This document shows, piece after piece, positions 17,058 through 27,168 of a stretch of 64,000 bases of DNA. The notes below the pieces were generated by a model, which had not been told where the DNA came from, searched no databases, and saw nothing but the letters and a program-made list of their open reading frames with translations. The translations under genes and the position numbers were made by a program. The first letter of the stretch is position 1. Each line of letters begins with the position of its first letter. Origin of the DNA: Verrucomicrobia bacterium UBA3624 (GTDB taxonomy: Bacteria; Verrucomicrobiota; Kiritimatiellia; RFP12; UBA1067); NCBI GenBank assembly GCA_002373695.1, contig DFLH01000076.1, positions 10,035 through 74,034 on the forward strand, written 5' to 3'.

Positions 17058-18167
17058 ATGGAAAACCTGCGAGAAATCGTCTGCGTGCTGCTGCTGGCCG
17101 CCTGCTGCGTGGCATTGTGGTTCGTGCCGCCGCCGCAAGCTTTGGCGATGTCCGAGGGAGAAGCCGTACGTGCGCGGGTGGTGTCGGTCGACGACAGTCT
17201 GCTTGAAACGCACGGATTCCTCGAGTTCGGGACGCAGCATCTGGAAGTGGAGATCCTCCAAGGCCAGAAGAAGGGGCAGACGTTTCGGGCGGCGAACGAG
17301 TTGCGCGCGCAAATGGAGCTGGACAAGCGTTTCTCGGCGGGGGATACGGCGCTTGTCATAGTGCGAACAGACGACGTCCCCGGCAAATCTGTCCTTGTCG
17401 CTCGCGACCACTGGCGGTTGGGATGGGCCATCGGGCTGTTCGGGGCGTTCTGTCTGCTTCTGTGCGCATTCGGCGGCTGGACGGGCGTCAAGGCTCTCTT
17501 CAGCTTCGTATTCAGCTGCTTCGTCGTATGGAAGGGGATGATCCCGCTCGCCTTGCGCGGATGGCCGGCGAGCTGGACGGCATTTGCCGCGACGTGTCTC
17601 CTTACCGCGGTGATCATGTATCTTGTTGCGGGACCCACCCGAAAGGGGCTTGCGGCATTTCTCGGTTCTTCGCTTGGCGTTTTCGCGGGGCTTGCCATGG
17701 CGCACGTCTTCGGCCGGCTCATGCATATCAACGGCGCCACGCTGCCATACGTGCAGGCTCTGTTGTATTCCGGCTATGATTTTCTGGATTTGCCGGATGT
17801 TTTCATAGGGGCTGCTGTTCTGGCGAGTTCCGGGGCTGTGATGGATCTGGCGATGGACATCGCGAGCGGCGTGGAGGAAGTGGCGCGGCACAATCCGTCG
17901 CTTCCGGCACGCGAACTGCTGAAATCCGGGTTGCGTATCGGGCGTAGCGTGACAGGAACCATGACGACGACGCTGCTTCTGGCCTATTCCGGCGGCTTTC
18001 TCACGCTTCTGATGGCATTTGCGGCACAGGGTACGGCCCCGCGCGATTTCTTGAACTCCATGCTCGTCTCCGCCGAACTGGTGAAGACGCTCATCGGCAG
18101 CTTCTCGCTCGTCCTCGTGGCGCCGTTTACGGCGTTTGTCTCTGCGCGCGTCTTTCGCCCGGCCTGA
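17058..18167 (+). CDS. YibE/F family membrane protein
   Basis: Polytopic membrane protein with a periplasmic N-terminal domain after the first TM, and conserved YibE/F-like TM segments. Start at MENLREIV. Confidence 0.7.
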   Translation: MENLREIVCVLLLAACCVALWFVPPPQALAMSEGEAVRARVVSVDDSLLETHGFLEFGTQHLEVEILQGQKKGQTFRAANELRAQMELDKRFSAGDTALVIVRTDDVPGKSVLVARDHWRLGWAIGLFGAFCLLLCAFGGWTGVKALFSFVFSCFVVWKGMIPLALRGWPASWTAFAATCLLTAVIMYLVAGPTRKGLAAFLGSSLGVFAGLAMAHVFGRLMHINGATLPYVQALLYSGYDFLDLPDVFIGAAVLASSGAVMDLAMDIASGVEEVARHNPSLPARELLKSGLRIGRSVTGTMTTTLLLAYSGGFLTLLMAFAAQGTAPRDFLNSMLVSAELVKTLIGSFSLVLVAPFTAFVSARVFRPA

Positions 18168-19347
18168 AAAGGACGGCCATCATCAGGGTGATCGCCAGCG
18201 CGAGCGCAAAGGCGACAAGATAGCCGCGGCCGAACAGCTGCAGATCCGCCCGTTCAAGCGGCACGATCCGCCCGAACAGGAAATTCGAAGCCAGCACGCC
18301 CAGCCCGCCGCTGACAAGCATCACAAAACCCTGCGCCTGGTTGCGGATGTCCGCAGGTGCCACTTCGTCCACGTACATCTGCGCACCTACGATAAGCAGT
18401 CCGAATATCAGGCCGTGCAGAAGTATTCCAAGCATGTCGCACGTTTCGCCAGGCCATCCGGCAAGCGAACTTCCCGCGAAGAATGCGCCATAGCGCAACG
18501 ACAGCATGGCCAGTCCCATCACCATGGCCCATTTGTACCCGGCTTTCCGCAGAATGACCGGCACCAGCAGCATGAAGCATATCTCTGCGCCTTGGCCCCA
18601 GCTCATCATGGACACTCCCAGCTCGAATCCCTTCTGGGACAGGTATGGAACCGTCCAGCTGTTGTACCACTGGAACGGGATCATGGAGAGGAAGAAAAGA
18701 CATGTGAAGATGGCAAAGGCTGGATTTCGCATGAGCACGAGGGAGCGAAGCCCCAGCGCGTCGGTGACGGAAAGAGGTTTGTCTCGTCCCCTGGGAGGCG
18801 TCGCCGGAAGGAACAGCGCGAGCACAGCGCCAGCCAGCGAAACGCTTCCGCCGCAGAGGAAGATTGCAGGCGTGGCTTCGAAGTTCGGCGTGTCGAACAG
18901 ATATTTCGCCGCCAGGCCGAAGACGGCGGCCGCAGCCCAGCCCATTGAGCCGAAAACGCGGATCTGCGGGAATGCCGCCGTGGTGGAGTTGGACATGGCG
19001 ATCGCCGCCGTGAGCGACCATGTCGGCATGTAGAACAGCATGGCAATGAGCAGAAGCGTGAAAAGAACGCCGGGATGCATGGTCTGCGCAGCGGCAAAAA
19101 GAGCCGCGCCAGACACTGCGTTGCATATCAGCAGCATCCTTTCGCTGTTTAGGAACTTGTCGGCGAACATGCAGACGACAGGCGACGCCATCGTGCCGAA
19201 TGCCATCGTGTTGAACGTCCAGAACATCCATGGCCCGGAACCGTCGAGTCCTACCATGTATTTGCCCAGTGCAAGAAACCAGACCGGCATCATGAGATAC
19301 TGCAGAAACATCATAGCCGATAGCTTCACGCGTGTTGCCAGTGACAT
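18127..19347 (-). CDS. MFS transporter of the nucleoside:H+ symporter (NHS/NupG-like) family
   Basis: 12-TM profile; LQYLMMPVWFLALGKYM N-terminus typical of the NHS family. Confidence 0.7.
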   Translation of the reverse strand: MSLATRVKLSAMMFLQYLMMPVWFLALGKYMVGLDGSGPWMFWTFNTMAFGTMASPVVCMFADKFLNSERMLLICNAVSGAALFAAAQTMHPGVLFTLLLIAMLFYMPTWSLTAAIAMSNSTTAAFPQIRVFGSMGWAAAAVFGLAAKYLFDTPNFEATPAIFLCGGSVSLAGAVLALFLPATPPRGRDKPLSVTDALGLRSLVLMRNPAFAIFTCLFFLSMIPFQWYNSWTVPYLSQKGFELGVSMMSWGQGAEICFMLLVPVILRKAGYKWAMVMGLAMLSLRYGAFFAGSSLAGWPGETCDMLGILLHGLIFGLLIVGAQMYVDEVAPADIRNQAQGFVMLVSGGLGVLASNFLFGRIVPLERADLQLFGRGYLVAFALALAITLMMAVLFRPGERRAQRQTP

Positions 19348-19365
19348 GACGGGATCCTTCCTTCC

Positions 19366-20349
19366 CTATGGTTGCGACGGTATCTTCAAAAGCGCTCTTG
19401 CCTTTGCAAATGCTCCTGAAAGGTCGATCTTTCGCGAACCGTCGAGATGCCCGGCGGCGGCAAGGTCGTCGATGAACCGCCGGAACTTGTTCGGTCCCGA
19501 ATGGAGATTGTCAAGCGCATGGACTTCCGCCGTCCCGGAAGTGCACGCTTCGGAAAGCATTCCGGTGGACTCGGCTGTCACGAAGAGGACGCGCGCACGC
19601 GACACGAAGGCCGGAATCGGATTGAAATGGTCGCGGGAGTACAGAAGCTTGTAATCGAAGGGGAACGAGTCGACTACCGCTTCGACGTCTGGCGGAGTCC
19701 GGCGGGAGGTGGTTGCCCAGATCTCGTGGCCTGCTGCCCGTGGATCGCCACCAGCGGGCTTGTACATGGCGAATATCCTCTCAAGCTGCGTTCTCATCCA
19801 GTCGGCCGTAAGGGTGGCGCACTTGTTCGGTCCGCCTACGATGACGGCGACGGCCGGACGTCCTGACGGCTTGTAGCGGTCTAGAAAGGCTTTTGTCCCG
19901 GCCTCGTAGAAGGCCGCGTCCGACGCGACGAGGTTCGCGGGGATGGGGATGACATTCGGTACGGCGTCGGGCCGGTCGAAGGACGGGGCCAGAATGCAGT
20001 CAAATCCTGAAAGGCGGTAGCCACGCGGATACAAGACCACGCCGCACGGCACGCCAAGCCGTTTTGCAAGCGCCTTGGCCGGGTAGAATGTGCCGCTGCC
20101 CGTACCGATGACAGCAACGCAGCTCGGGCGTTCGGGCGTCGCAACCGCCTTTTTGAAATGTTCAAGCCCGTCAAGGAGACGCAAGGAGAGGATGCCAAGC
20201 CAATCGAAGAGATAGGACGCGGCCTTGGCAAACGGAGATTTGAATCTTACCGGCAGAAGCACAGGTTCGCATCCCAGTGCGCGGGCGAACGCCCGCGACT
20301 GGTTTTCATGTCCGGCCTTGCCGTCCGTCAGTATCAAGACTTTGTCCAT
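19366..20349 (-). CDS. ELM1/DUF1022 family protein (predicted glycosyltransferase-like fold)
   Basis: MDKVLILTDGKAGHENQSRAFARAL resembles the ELM1-domain N-terminus (xIWxLxDGKxGHxNQ). Confidence 0.6.
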   Translation of the reverse strand: MDKVLILTDGKAGHENQSRAFARALGCEPVLLPVRFKSPFAKAASYLFDWLGILSLRLLDGLEHFKKAVATPERPSCVAVIGTGSGTFYPAKALAKRLGVPCGVVLYPRGYRLSGFDCILAPSFDRPDAVPNVIPIPANLVASDAAFYEAGTKAFLDRYKPSGRPAVAVIVGGPNKCATLTADWMRTQLERIFAMYKPAGGDPRAAGHEIWATTSRRTPPDVEAVVDSFPFDYKLLYSRDHFNPIPAFVSRARVLFVTAESTGMLSEACTSGTAEVHALDNLHSGPNKFRRFIDDLAAAGHLDGSRKIDLSGAFAKARALLKIPSQP

Positions 20350-20350
20350 C

Positions 20351-21343
20351 TCAACCCTTTAAAAACTCTCTTACCGCCCGTCGCATCTGGCGTTTGGCTA
20401 TGCCCATGGCGCCCTTTATGGTGCAGCCGGCTGCGCGGACGTGGCCGCCGCCGCCAAAACGCGTGGCGAGCCGGGTCGCGTCCCAGGGGGCTCGCGTACG
20501 GATGGAGACGCGCGTTTCGTGCGTACGGTCGGGGATCTGGTAGAAGAAAAGCGCGATTTCGTTCCTGGCCACCTGGCGGGGAATCTCGATTACGTCCTCG
20601 GCATCGGCCTTGGTACCGCGCACCTCCCGGAAATCATCGCGGTCGAGCGACACTTCCGCGACCTTGCGGTTCTTCCAGATGTGGAGCGAGCGCCAGGCAC
20701 GGCGCTTCAGTTCCATGGCCTTGGTGGAGAACGAGCAGTACAGGATGTCGTTGATGAAGGCGGTGCGCACGCCGTGCTTCAGAAGGTCGCAGGCGGCACG
20801 AAGGGTGCCGGGGCGCGTGGAATCGTAGGCGAAACGTCCTGAATCCGTGACGATCGCCACCCAAAGGGCTTCGGCGATGGCCCTGTCTAGCGGCCATTCC
20901 ATCCATTTGGCGAAACGCCAGACGATCTCGCCGGCGGCCGACGCGTCGGGATCTATGATCGATGCGGTTCCAAATGCGGAATTGGTGACATGGTGGTCGA
21001 TAACGAGAAGCGGCAGCTTTTCCGCAAAAGGTCTCGCCTCCGGCGGCAGGCGTTCGAACGTGGCGCAGTCCACGGACAGAAACAGATCGAACTTCCTCCG
21101 CTTGAGCCGGCGCAGGGGGACGATGTCGGCCACGCCCTCCAGGAAGCCTGGCTTGCCCAGCGCCTTTATGTCCGCCGTGGCTACGGCCTCGTGCCCTGCC
21201 GCATTGAGGAGGCGGGCAAGCGCGATCATCGAACCGAGCGAATCCCCGTCGGGGCTGAGGTGCCCCGAGATGAGGATGCGTCTGGACCTCTCCAGCAGCT
21301 CCTTGGCCGCCGCAAACCCCGTTCGTGTCTCCAATTGTGTCAT
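20351..21343 (-). CDS. nrnA: DHH/DHHA1 phosphoesterase (NrnA-like oligoribonuclease / pAp phosphatase)
   Basis: DHH motif LLVIDHHVTN and DHHA1 motif GGGGHVRAAG. Confidence 0.8.
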   Translation of the reverse strand: MTQLETRTGFAAAKELLERSRRILISGHLSPDGDSLGSMIALARLLNAAGHEAVATADIKALGKPGFLEGVADIVPLRRLKRRKFDLFLSVDCATFERLPPEARPFAEKLPLLVIDHHVTNSAFGTASIIDPDASAAGEIVWRFAKWMEWPLDRAIAEALWVAIVTDSGRFAYDSTRPGTLRAACDLLKHGVRTAFINDILYCSFSTKAMELKRRAWRSLHIWKNRKVAEVSLDRDDFREVRGTKADAEDVIEIPRQVARNEIALFFYQIPDRTHETRVSIRTRAPWDATRLATRFGGGGHVRAAGCTIKGAMGIAKRQMRRAVREFLKG

Positions 21344-21405
21344 GAGGGGAACTATTTAACCACATATCGCGCGAACTGGAAAGATAAAACCGCCGCTCCG
21401 GATTT

Positions 21406-21416
21406 TGTGCTATAAT
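21406..21416 (+). promoter_or_regulatory. Extended -10 element TGTGCTATAAT upstream of icd
   Basis: TGnTATAAT match 31 nt upstream of the icd ATG. The same 11-mer precedes the HD gene at 62075-62085. Confidence 0.45.
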
Positions 21417-21447
21417 CTTCCCCTGCGATTTCAAGGAGACACCGACA

Positions 21448-22707
21448 ATGGCACACGACAAGATAAAGGTTCCTTCGGGCGAGAAGATCACGATGGCGGG
21501 CGGCAGGCTGCAGGTGCCGGACAACCCCGTCATCCCGTTCGTTGAGGGCGACGGAACGGGCCCGGACATCACGCGCGCGGCCATGACCGCGTGGAACGCC
21601 GCCGTGGAGGCCGCCTACGGCGACGCGCGGAAGATCTCGTGGATGGAAGTGTACGCGGGCGAGAAGGCCAACGCAGTATACGGTCCGGACACATGGCTGC
21701 CACAGGAGACGCTCGACGCATGCCGCGAGTACCTCGTCTCGATCAAGGGCCCGCTCACCACGCCCGTCGGCGGCGGCATACGCTCGATCAACGTGGCGAT
21801 GCGCCAGCAGCTCGACCTCTACGTATGCCTGCGCCCCGTACGCTGGTTCAATGGCGTGCCCTCGCCAGTGAAGCACCCGGAGCTTACGGACATGGTGATC
21901 TTCCGAGAGAACACCGAGGACATCTACGCGGGTATCGAGTGGATGAACGGCACGCCCGAGGTGGAGAAGGTGAAGAAGTTCCTGATCGAGGAGATGGGCG
22001 TGAAGAAGATCCGGTTCCCCGAAACCGCCTCCATCGGCATCAAGCCCGTCTCGCAGGAAGGTACGGAACGTCTGGTGAAGGCCGCGCTCGACTATGCTGT
22101 GGCGAATGACCGCAAGTCCGTCACGCTCGTCCACAAGGGCAACATCCAGAAGTTCACCGAGGGCGCGTTCCGCGACTGGGGCTACGCGCTCGCCAAGCGC
22201 GAATACGGTGCCACGCCGATCGACAAGGGGCCGTGGTGCGAATTCAAGAATCCGAAGACCGGCCGCACGATCACGGTGAAGGACTGTATCTGCGACGCGT
22301 TCCTCCAGCAGATCCTCACGCGCCCCGCAGACTACGACGTGATCGCCACCTTGAACCTCAACGGCGACTACGTCTCCGACGCGCTCGCCGCGACGGTGGG
22401 CGGCATCGGCATAGCGCCCGGCGCGAACATCAACTACCAGACGGGCGTCGCCGTCTTCGAGGCCACGCACGGCACCGCGCCGAAGTACGCGAACCTCGAC
22501 AAGGTGAACCCCGGCTCGCTCATCCTCTCCGGCGAGATGATGTTCCGCTACATGGGCTGGACGGAGGCCGCCGACAAGATCATCGCCGCCATGGACAAGG
22601 TAATCGCCGCGAAGACGGTGACCTACGATTTCGCCCGTCAGATGGAAGGCGCCACGGAAATCTCCTGCTCCGCGTTCGGCAAGGCCCTCGCCGCAGCTAT
22701 GGAATAA
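21448..22707 (+). CDS. icd: NADP-dependent isocitrate dehydrogenase
   Basis: Full-length homodimeric IDH-like sequence ([27 protein letters not shown]); RBS AAGGAGAC. Confidence 0.9.
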   Translation: MAHDKIKVPSGEKITMAGGRLQVPDNPVIPFVEGDGTGPDITRAAMTAWNAAVEAAYGDARKISWMEVYAGEKANAVYGPDTWLPQETLDACREYLVSIKGPLTTPVGGGIRSINVAMRQQLDLYVCLRPVRWFNGVPSPVKHPELTDMVIFRENTEDIYAGIEWMNGTPEVEKVKKFLIEEMGVKKIRFPETASIGIKPVSQEGTERLVKAALDYAVANDRKSVTLVHKGNIQKFTEGAFRDWGYALAKREYGATPIDKGPWCEFKNPKTGRTITVKDCICDAFLQQILTRPADYDVIATLNLNGDYVSDALAATVGGIGIAPGANINYQTGVAVFEATHGTAPKYANLDKVNPGSLILSGEMMFRYMGWTEAADKIIAAMDKVIAAKTVTYDFARQMEGATEISCSAFGKALAAAME

Positions 22708-22838
22708 GGAAACAACCATGACAACTTGTAAAAACAACATCTTCTTTCTCGCCGCGCAACCGCGCGGCGCTCTTGAAACCGGGCGCAGTTGCGCCCGGAT
22801 AACAAAAGTTGTTTTTACTAGTTGTTGCTGTTGTTTCC
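22708..22838. repeat. MITE-like inverted-repeat element (short copy): 31-bp terminal inverted repeats GGAAACAACCATGACAACTTGTAAAAACAAC / GGAAACAACAGCAACAACTAGTAAAAACAAC flanking two GC-rich hairpins
   Basis: Terminal repeats read on opposite strands. Internal hairpins CGCCGCGCaaccGCGCGGCG and CCGGGCGCAgtTGCGCCCGG. The same terminal motif appears at 47048-47356. Begins immediately after the icd stop. Confidence 0.6.
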
Positions 22839-22857
22839 AAAAGAACTTATAGGCAAG

Positions 22858-23682
22858 ATGAATGTAGGCGTCATAGGGCTGGGATTGATCGGCGGGTCGT
22901 TCGCCAAGGCGGCCGCGCGGGCCGGCCATACGGTGCTAGCGTGGAACCGTACCCGCGAGACGGCCGACAGGGCCGTTGCCGACGGCGTGGCCGCCGCCGT
23001 GCTGGATGACGATATCGGCGAATGCGATATCGTGCTGGTGGCTCTGCCGCCGGACGTCGTAGTGCAGTGGATAGATGCGCACCAGGCCACGTTCCGGCGG
23101 GGAACGATCGTCGTAGACGCCACCGGCGTGAAGGGGACGATCTGCGCAGCGCTGGAAAAATACGCCTTTCAGGACCGCTGGACGTTCGTGGGCGGGCATC
23201 CGATGGCCGGCAAGGAGGTGAACGGCTGGGCAAACGCGTCAGCCGATCTTTTCCGCAACGCATCGATGATACTTACCCCATATCCTTCGTGCGGCCGCGG
23301 GCCGCTCGACCGCCTGGAGAAGTTCTTCACAGAACTTGGCTTTGGCCGCGTCATCTTCACCACGCCCCAGCACCACGACAGGATGATCGCGCTTACCAGC
23401 CAGCTTGCGCACATTGTCTCTTCCGCATACATCCAGGATCCGCTCGCGCAGGATCATGCGGGATATTCCGCCGGAAGCTTTGCCGACATGACGCGCGTGG
23501 CGCGCCTGGACGCCGACATGTGGACGAACCTCTTCCTCTCGAACCGCGACGCGCTCCTTGTGACGCTAGAAGGCCTTATCGCCAGGCTCGACGGTTTTCG
23601 CGTGGCTATCGCCGGAAACGACGCTGAAGGTCTTCGGGCCCTGCTGTCGGCAGGCCGTGCCGCCCGGCTGGCTTGTTCGTGA
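22858..23682 (+). CDS. tyrA: Prephenate dehydrogenase
   Basis: NAD-binding MNVGVIGLGLIGGSFAKA and a TyrA-like core (VGGHPMAG). Confidence 0.8.
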   Translation: MNVGVIGLGLIGGSFAKAAARAGHTVLAWNRTRETADRAVADGVAAAVLDDDIGECDIVLVALPPDVVVQWIDAHQATFRRGTIVVDATGVKGTICAALEKYAFQDRWTFVGGHPMAGKEVNGWANASADLFRNASMILTPYPSCGRGPLDRLEKFFTELGFGRVIFTTPQHHDRMIALTSQLAHIVSSAYIQDPLAQDHAGYSAGSFADMTRVARLDADMWTNLFLSNRDALLVTLEGLIARLDGFRVAIAGNDAEGLRALLSAGRAARLACS

Positions 23683-23770
23683 CGAATAAAAAATAAAAAA
23701 TCCACTTGCGCACAGTGGCGGTTTTGTGGTAGAGTGTCCGCAAAACTTCGACCAAGGAGGATGTTTTCAG

Positions 23771-24919
23771 ATGAAAGAAACGAGAGTTTTGTTGGCGACG
23801 GCGGCAGGTTGCGCACTGGTTGCAGCCTCTGTCCGTGCGGCGGCGACGTCCATCATGGAGCAGACGTTCTCGACCACGACATCCGATATCGCAACGGATG
23901 CGGCGTATTCTTCGACGTGGTCTGGCACCGGCAGCGTTGCCCCCGGCAACAAGACCTCCTATGCCGCATCCGCAGGCCAGCCCATGTCCGACGATTCCAA
24001 TGGCAACGTCTTGACGGTCAGCGGCAAGGTCACGGCTACCGCCGAGACTACGGCCGACAACGTTGCGACTGTTGATATGATGGTGCAGATTGCAAAACCG
24101 TATGATGCGTTGGAGTTGCCGTCCTCCGAAGCCGCCGACGAAACGACCATACAGATTGCGGTAGGGGTGGAAACGGACGGAAAGTTGAAGGCGTATTGCA
24201 CATCGGCCGCCGGCGCGAAAGGCTGGTATTCGCTGGGCAACACGGAGTACGTCGCCGACACCTGGCATCGTGTCAGCTTCACGTTCGACTATACGGTCGG
24301 ACGCTGCCTCATCAGCGTGGATGGCGTCGCCGCCGCCACTGAGAACGGCTATGTCACGGCGGACGGCACGACGACAGGCGGAGCCTGGTACAAGCTGGCC
24401 AACGTCCCCGCGGCGGCGGCGGACAAGAAGCTGTCCAGCGTCTCCGTGGTCGGATCGACTTCGATAGACAGCGTGGTGGTCAAGTATTCCGCCACGGCTT
24501 CGGAAGCGATGCCCGCGCTTGCAGACGGAGATTCACCTGCGTACACTGGCGGCAATGTCACGAAGAAGTGGCTGCTGGAGCAGGGCATCAGCGACTCCGG
24601 CGTTAATTCCGCTACACTCGCGCCTGACAATTCCGGCATGACGCTCAACGGAAAGTACGTTGCCGGATACACCGCCGTCGACAACAAGAAATTCGAATTG
24701 CAGGACATGGAACTTTCTGGCGAGAACGCCGTGGTGAAATTCAATCCCGCGAACATCCCCGCCGGCTACAAGTACGTTATCGAGGCGGCTGACAATCCGT
24801 CCTTCAGCGGCGCTTCCGCCACGGACGTCAAGGGAACGACGGCGGGATCCGCCACGATCAGCATGGGTAGCGACAATGTCAAGTACTACCGCATCAAGGT
24901 GGCGACCGACAACCAGTAA
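23771..24919 (+). CDS. Secreted low-complexity (Thr/Ser/Ala/Gly/Asp-rich) protein, unknown function; first gene of a four-gene operon
   Basis: Signal peptide MKETRVLLATAAGCALVAASVRA; strong RBS AAGGAGG. No recognisable domain. Confidence 0.5.
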   Translation: MKETRVLLATAAGCALVAASVRAAATSIMEQTFSTTTSDIATDAAYSSTWSGTGSVAPGNKTSYAASAGQPMSDDSNGNVLTVSGKVTATAETTADNVATVDMMVQIAKPYDALELPSSEAADETTIQIAVGVETDGKLKAYCTSAAGAKGWYSLGNTEYVADTWHRVSFTFDYTVGRCLISVDGVAAATENGYVTADGTTTGGAWYKLANVPAAAADKKLSSVSVVGSTSIDSVVVKYSATASEAMPALADGDSPAYTGGNVTKKWLLEQGISDSGVNSATLAPDNSGMTLNGKYVAGYTAVDNKKFELQDMELSGENAVVKFNPANIPAGYKYVIEAADNPSFSGASATDVKGTTAGSATISMGSDNVKYYRIKVATDNQ

Positions 24920-24948
24920 TGCAACGGCTTGAAGAGAGGATTGCACAA

Positions 24949-25716
24949 ATGAAGAAGACGATGGCAATGTTGGGTGCGGCGGGGCTGGCGATGGCTTCCC
25001 TCGCTGCTGTGAACGACACGCTGATCACGTTCTCGACCCCAGGGCCTGACGTGTACGGCGACGGTACGGCAGTCCTGCCAGGCGAGTGCTATGCGCTCGT
25101 CTGGTCCGCCGACGGCAAGTTCGATGGAATAAAGGCCGACGGCTCCACGGTTGATCCCGCCGACAAGGTCGTTCTCGTCGCCGACATCGCAAAGCGCGAC
25201 GCCGACGGCAACGGGTACTGTCCGCTTGTCGTGTATCAGGTCGATGCCGCTACGGCCGAAACCTTGGCGGACGGCCAGTACGCCGTCTATCTGCTGGACA
25301 CCCGCGTGACCGGTGCGGACGGAAAGGTGACCGTCGGTTTGGGCGCTGACGGCAAGCTGGAATCCGTCAACACGCTTGTCGCAGTCAGCGAGGGCAAGAC
25401 GGCGGAAGCGGGTTCGCTGGGCGCGACCGCGCCTGTCGCCGCCAAGGCTGCGGTGGACTACAGCGTCGACTGTTACGCCAAGGTCGACGATCCTGTCATC
25501 ACTGGCGTATCCGTAGATGGCGCGAAGATCACCATCACGGCGTCCGGCCTGTCGCCTGTCGCCAACTACTGGATTCTCAGCGGCAACGATCCCGGCGCGG
25601 TCAAGACGCCTGTCGCCAACGCTGCGTTCGACGAGAAGGGAACGTGTACGTTCGACAAGCCTGAAGGTGCTCCGTTCTTCAAGATTGGCGGCGGTCGCAA
25701 GGTGGAAATCAAGTGA
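24949..25716 (+). CDS. Secreted protein of unknown function (operon gene 2)
   Basis: Signal peptide MKKTMAMLGAAGLAMASLAAV; its start overlaps/abuts the previous gene stop (TAATG). Confidence 0.5.
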   Translation: MKKTMAMLGAAGLAMASLAAVNDTLITFSTPGPDVYGDGTAVLPGECYALVWSADGKFDGIKADGSTVDPADKVVLVADIAKRDADGNGYCPLVVYQVDAATAETLADGQYAVYLLDTRVTGADGKVTVGLGADGKLESVNTLVAVSEGKTAEAGSLGATAPVAAKAAVDYSVDCYAKVDDPVITGVSVDGAKITITASGLSPVANYWILSGNDPGAVKTPVANAAFDEKGTCTFDKPEGAPFFKIGGGRKVEIK

Positions 25717-25736
25717 GATTTCAGGGAGAAACGAAA

Positions 25737-26525
25737 ATGAAATTCCGTTCAATTCTTTGTGTTGCGGCGTTTGCGGCCACCTCTTTGTTCGCTGATGATC
25801 TGCCGACTACCGACACGGTCGGCTGGCTCAAGGTGGACAGTACCGCCGTGTCGACAATCGTATCCGTGCCGTGGATCCAGGTTGGAACAACTGCCGGCAG
25901 CGTCCAGGTGGCGAAGCTCGTCAAAACCGATTCGCTGAAGGCTGATGGTGGAGTGATGCTCTACTACTATGACGGCACTGCGTACAAGGCGTGGGCGTTG
26001 CAGACGGTTGAGAACGTCAAAACGTGGGTTCCGGCCAGTACGACGATCAGTTCGAACGGCAAATCGATTACCGCCACGGCACCGACTGCCGACTTTCCGC
26101 TTCCGCGCGGCAAGGCGTTGTTCGTCTATCGTCCAAATGGCGAGGCCGATGGCTACATCTACCTCTACGGCAAGTACACGGAGACGTCGCCCGCTTCGTT
26201 CACTACTGCGACGGGGTCTGCCGATGCGCCCGCCTACACGCTCATCGGCAATCCGTCTGCGGAGGCAGTCAGCTTGAACAAGAGCGGTCTTTTCACCAAT
26301 GTCGGCGGAAACGACAAGATCATGATTCCCGGTGCAAGCGGTGCGCTCGAGAAGGAGTGCACGTATGAAAACGACGAGTGGGGCTGGTGGAATCCTGCCT
26401 TGAGTACTTTGAAAGTTGGTTCCAAGACTATCAAGAAGCCTGGCCGCGACACGAATGTCTCGATTCCCGCCGGGCGCGGCGTATGGTACGTGAGCAGGGG
26501 CGGTACGGCGACTGTCCAGTTCTGA
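25737..26525 (+). CDS. Secreted protein of unknown function (operon gene 3)
   Basis: Signal peptide MKFRSILCVAAFAATSLFA; RBS GGGAGA. Confidence 0.5.
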   Translation: MKFRSILCVAAFAATSLFADDLPTTDTVGWLKVDSTAVSTIVSVPWIQVGTTAGSVQVAKLVKTDSLKADGGVMLYYYDGTAYKAWALQTVENVKTWVPASTTISSNGKSITATAPTADFPLPRGKALFVYRPNGEADGYIYLYGKYTETSPASFTTATGSADAPAYTLIGNPSAEAVSLNKSGLFTNVGGNDKIMIPGASGALEKECTYENDEWGWWNPALSTLKVGSKTIKKPGRDTNVSIPAGRGVWYVSRGGTATVQF

Positions 26526-26555
26526 CGACTTCCATTTCCATCGTAGGGAGAGAAA

Positions 26556-27059
26556 ATGAAAATCAAGACAATTCTTCTGGGGATAGTTGCGGCGGCGCTT
26601 GCCGCATCCTTGAGGGCTGACACGCTCTATTGGCAGGTGGCCGATGGTTCGATGGGCGAGTTTGCGTATGCGACGTTGTACGCTACCCAGACGCCAGGTT
26701 CTACGGGAACGGAGATAGACTCCATACTTGCCGATGGCGTCGACGGCACCACTACTTCGGGCACCAAGGTCTCGCCTGTCATTTCCGACATAAGCGCCTA
26801 CGGCAGTTCCTATTCGTTCTACGTCGAGGTGTTCAACTACAGCGGGGAAAGTCTTGGCAGCAAGAACAAGGATTATCCCTGGTCTTATACCGAGCTGCTC
26901 AACAGCGGTTACATCTCGACTGGTAGCGGTCTGTCCGTGCCGTCGGCGTTCTCCTCCGGCGCGGCGCTCAACGGCGGCGCGGTTCCGGAGCCGACTAGCG
27001 GATTGCTGCTGCTGATTGGCGGATCGCTTCTGGCGTTGCGCCGCCGCCGTCAGGCGTAA
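26556..27059 (+). CDS. PEP-CTERM sorting-domain protein (operon gene 4)
   Basis: N-terminal signal peptide. C-terminal VPEPTSGLLLLIGGSLLALRRRRQA, i.e. the PEP motif + TM helix + Arg cluster of an exosortase substrate. Confidence 0.8.
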   Translation: MKIKTILLGIVAAALAASLRADTLYWQVADGSMGEFAYATLYATQTPGSTGTEIDSILADGVDGTTTSGTKVSPVISDISAYGSSYSFYVEVFNYSGESLGSKNKDYPWSYTELLNSGYISTGSGLSVPSAFSSGAALNGGAVPEPTSGLLLLIGGSLLALRRRRQA

Positions 27060-27081
27060 GGCGTCTTGAAAGCGCGAAGTG

Positions 27082-27112
27082 AAGACCCCGAAGGGCGAGC
27101 CTTTGGGGTCTT
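27082..27112 (+). terminator. Hairpin AAGACCCCGAAGG-gcgag-CCTTTGGGGTCTT downstream of the PEP-CTERM gene (weak U-tract)
   Basis: 13-bp near-perfect stem 22 nt after the stop codon; the trailing T-run is only TTT, hence moderate confidence. Confidence 0.4.
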
Positions 27113-27168
27113 TGCGTGTACGTGGCGTGTCAAGCTACGCCTGCAGTTCCACGGAAAGCCACGTTCGG

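Noticed and set aside
21352-22929. 525-aa minus-strand ORF
   Set aside because: Antisense shadow of icd; Arg/Gly/His-rich with no motif.
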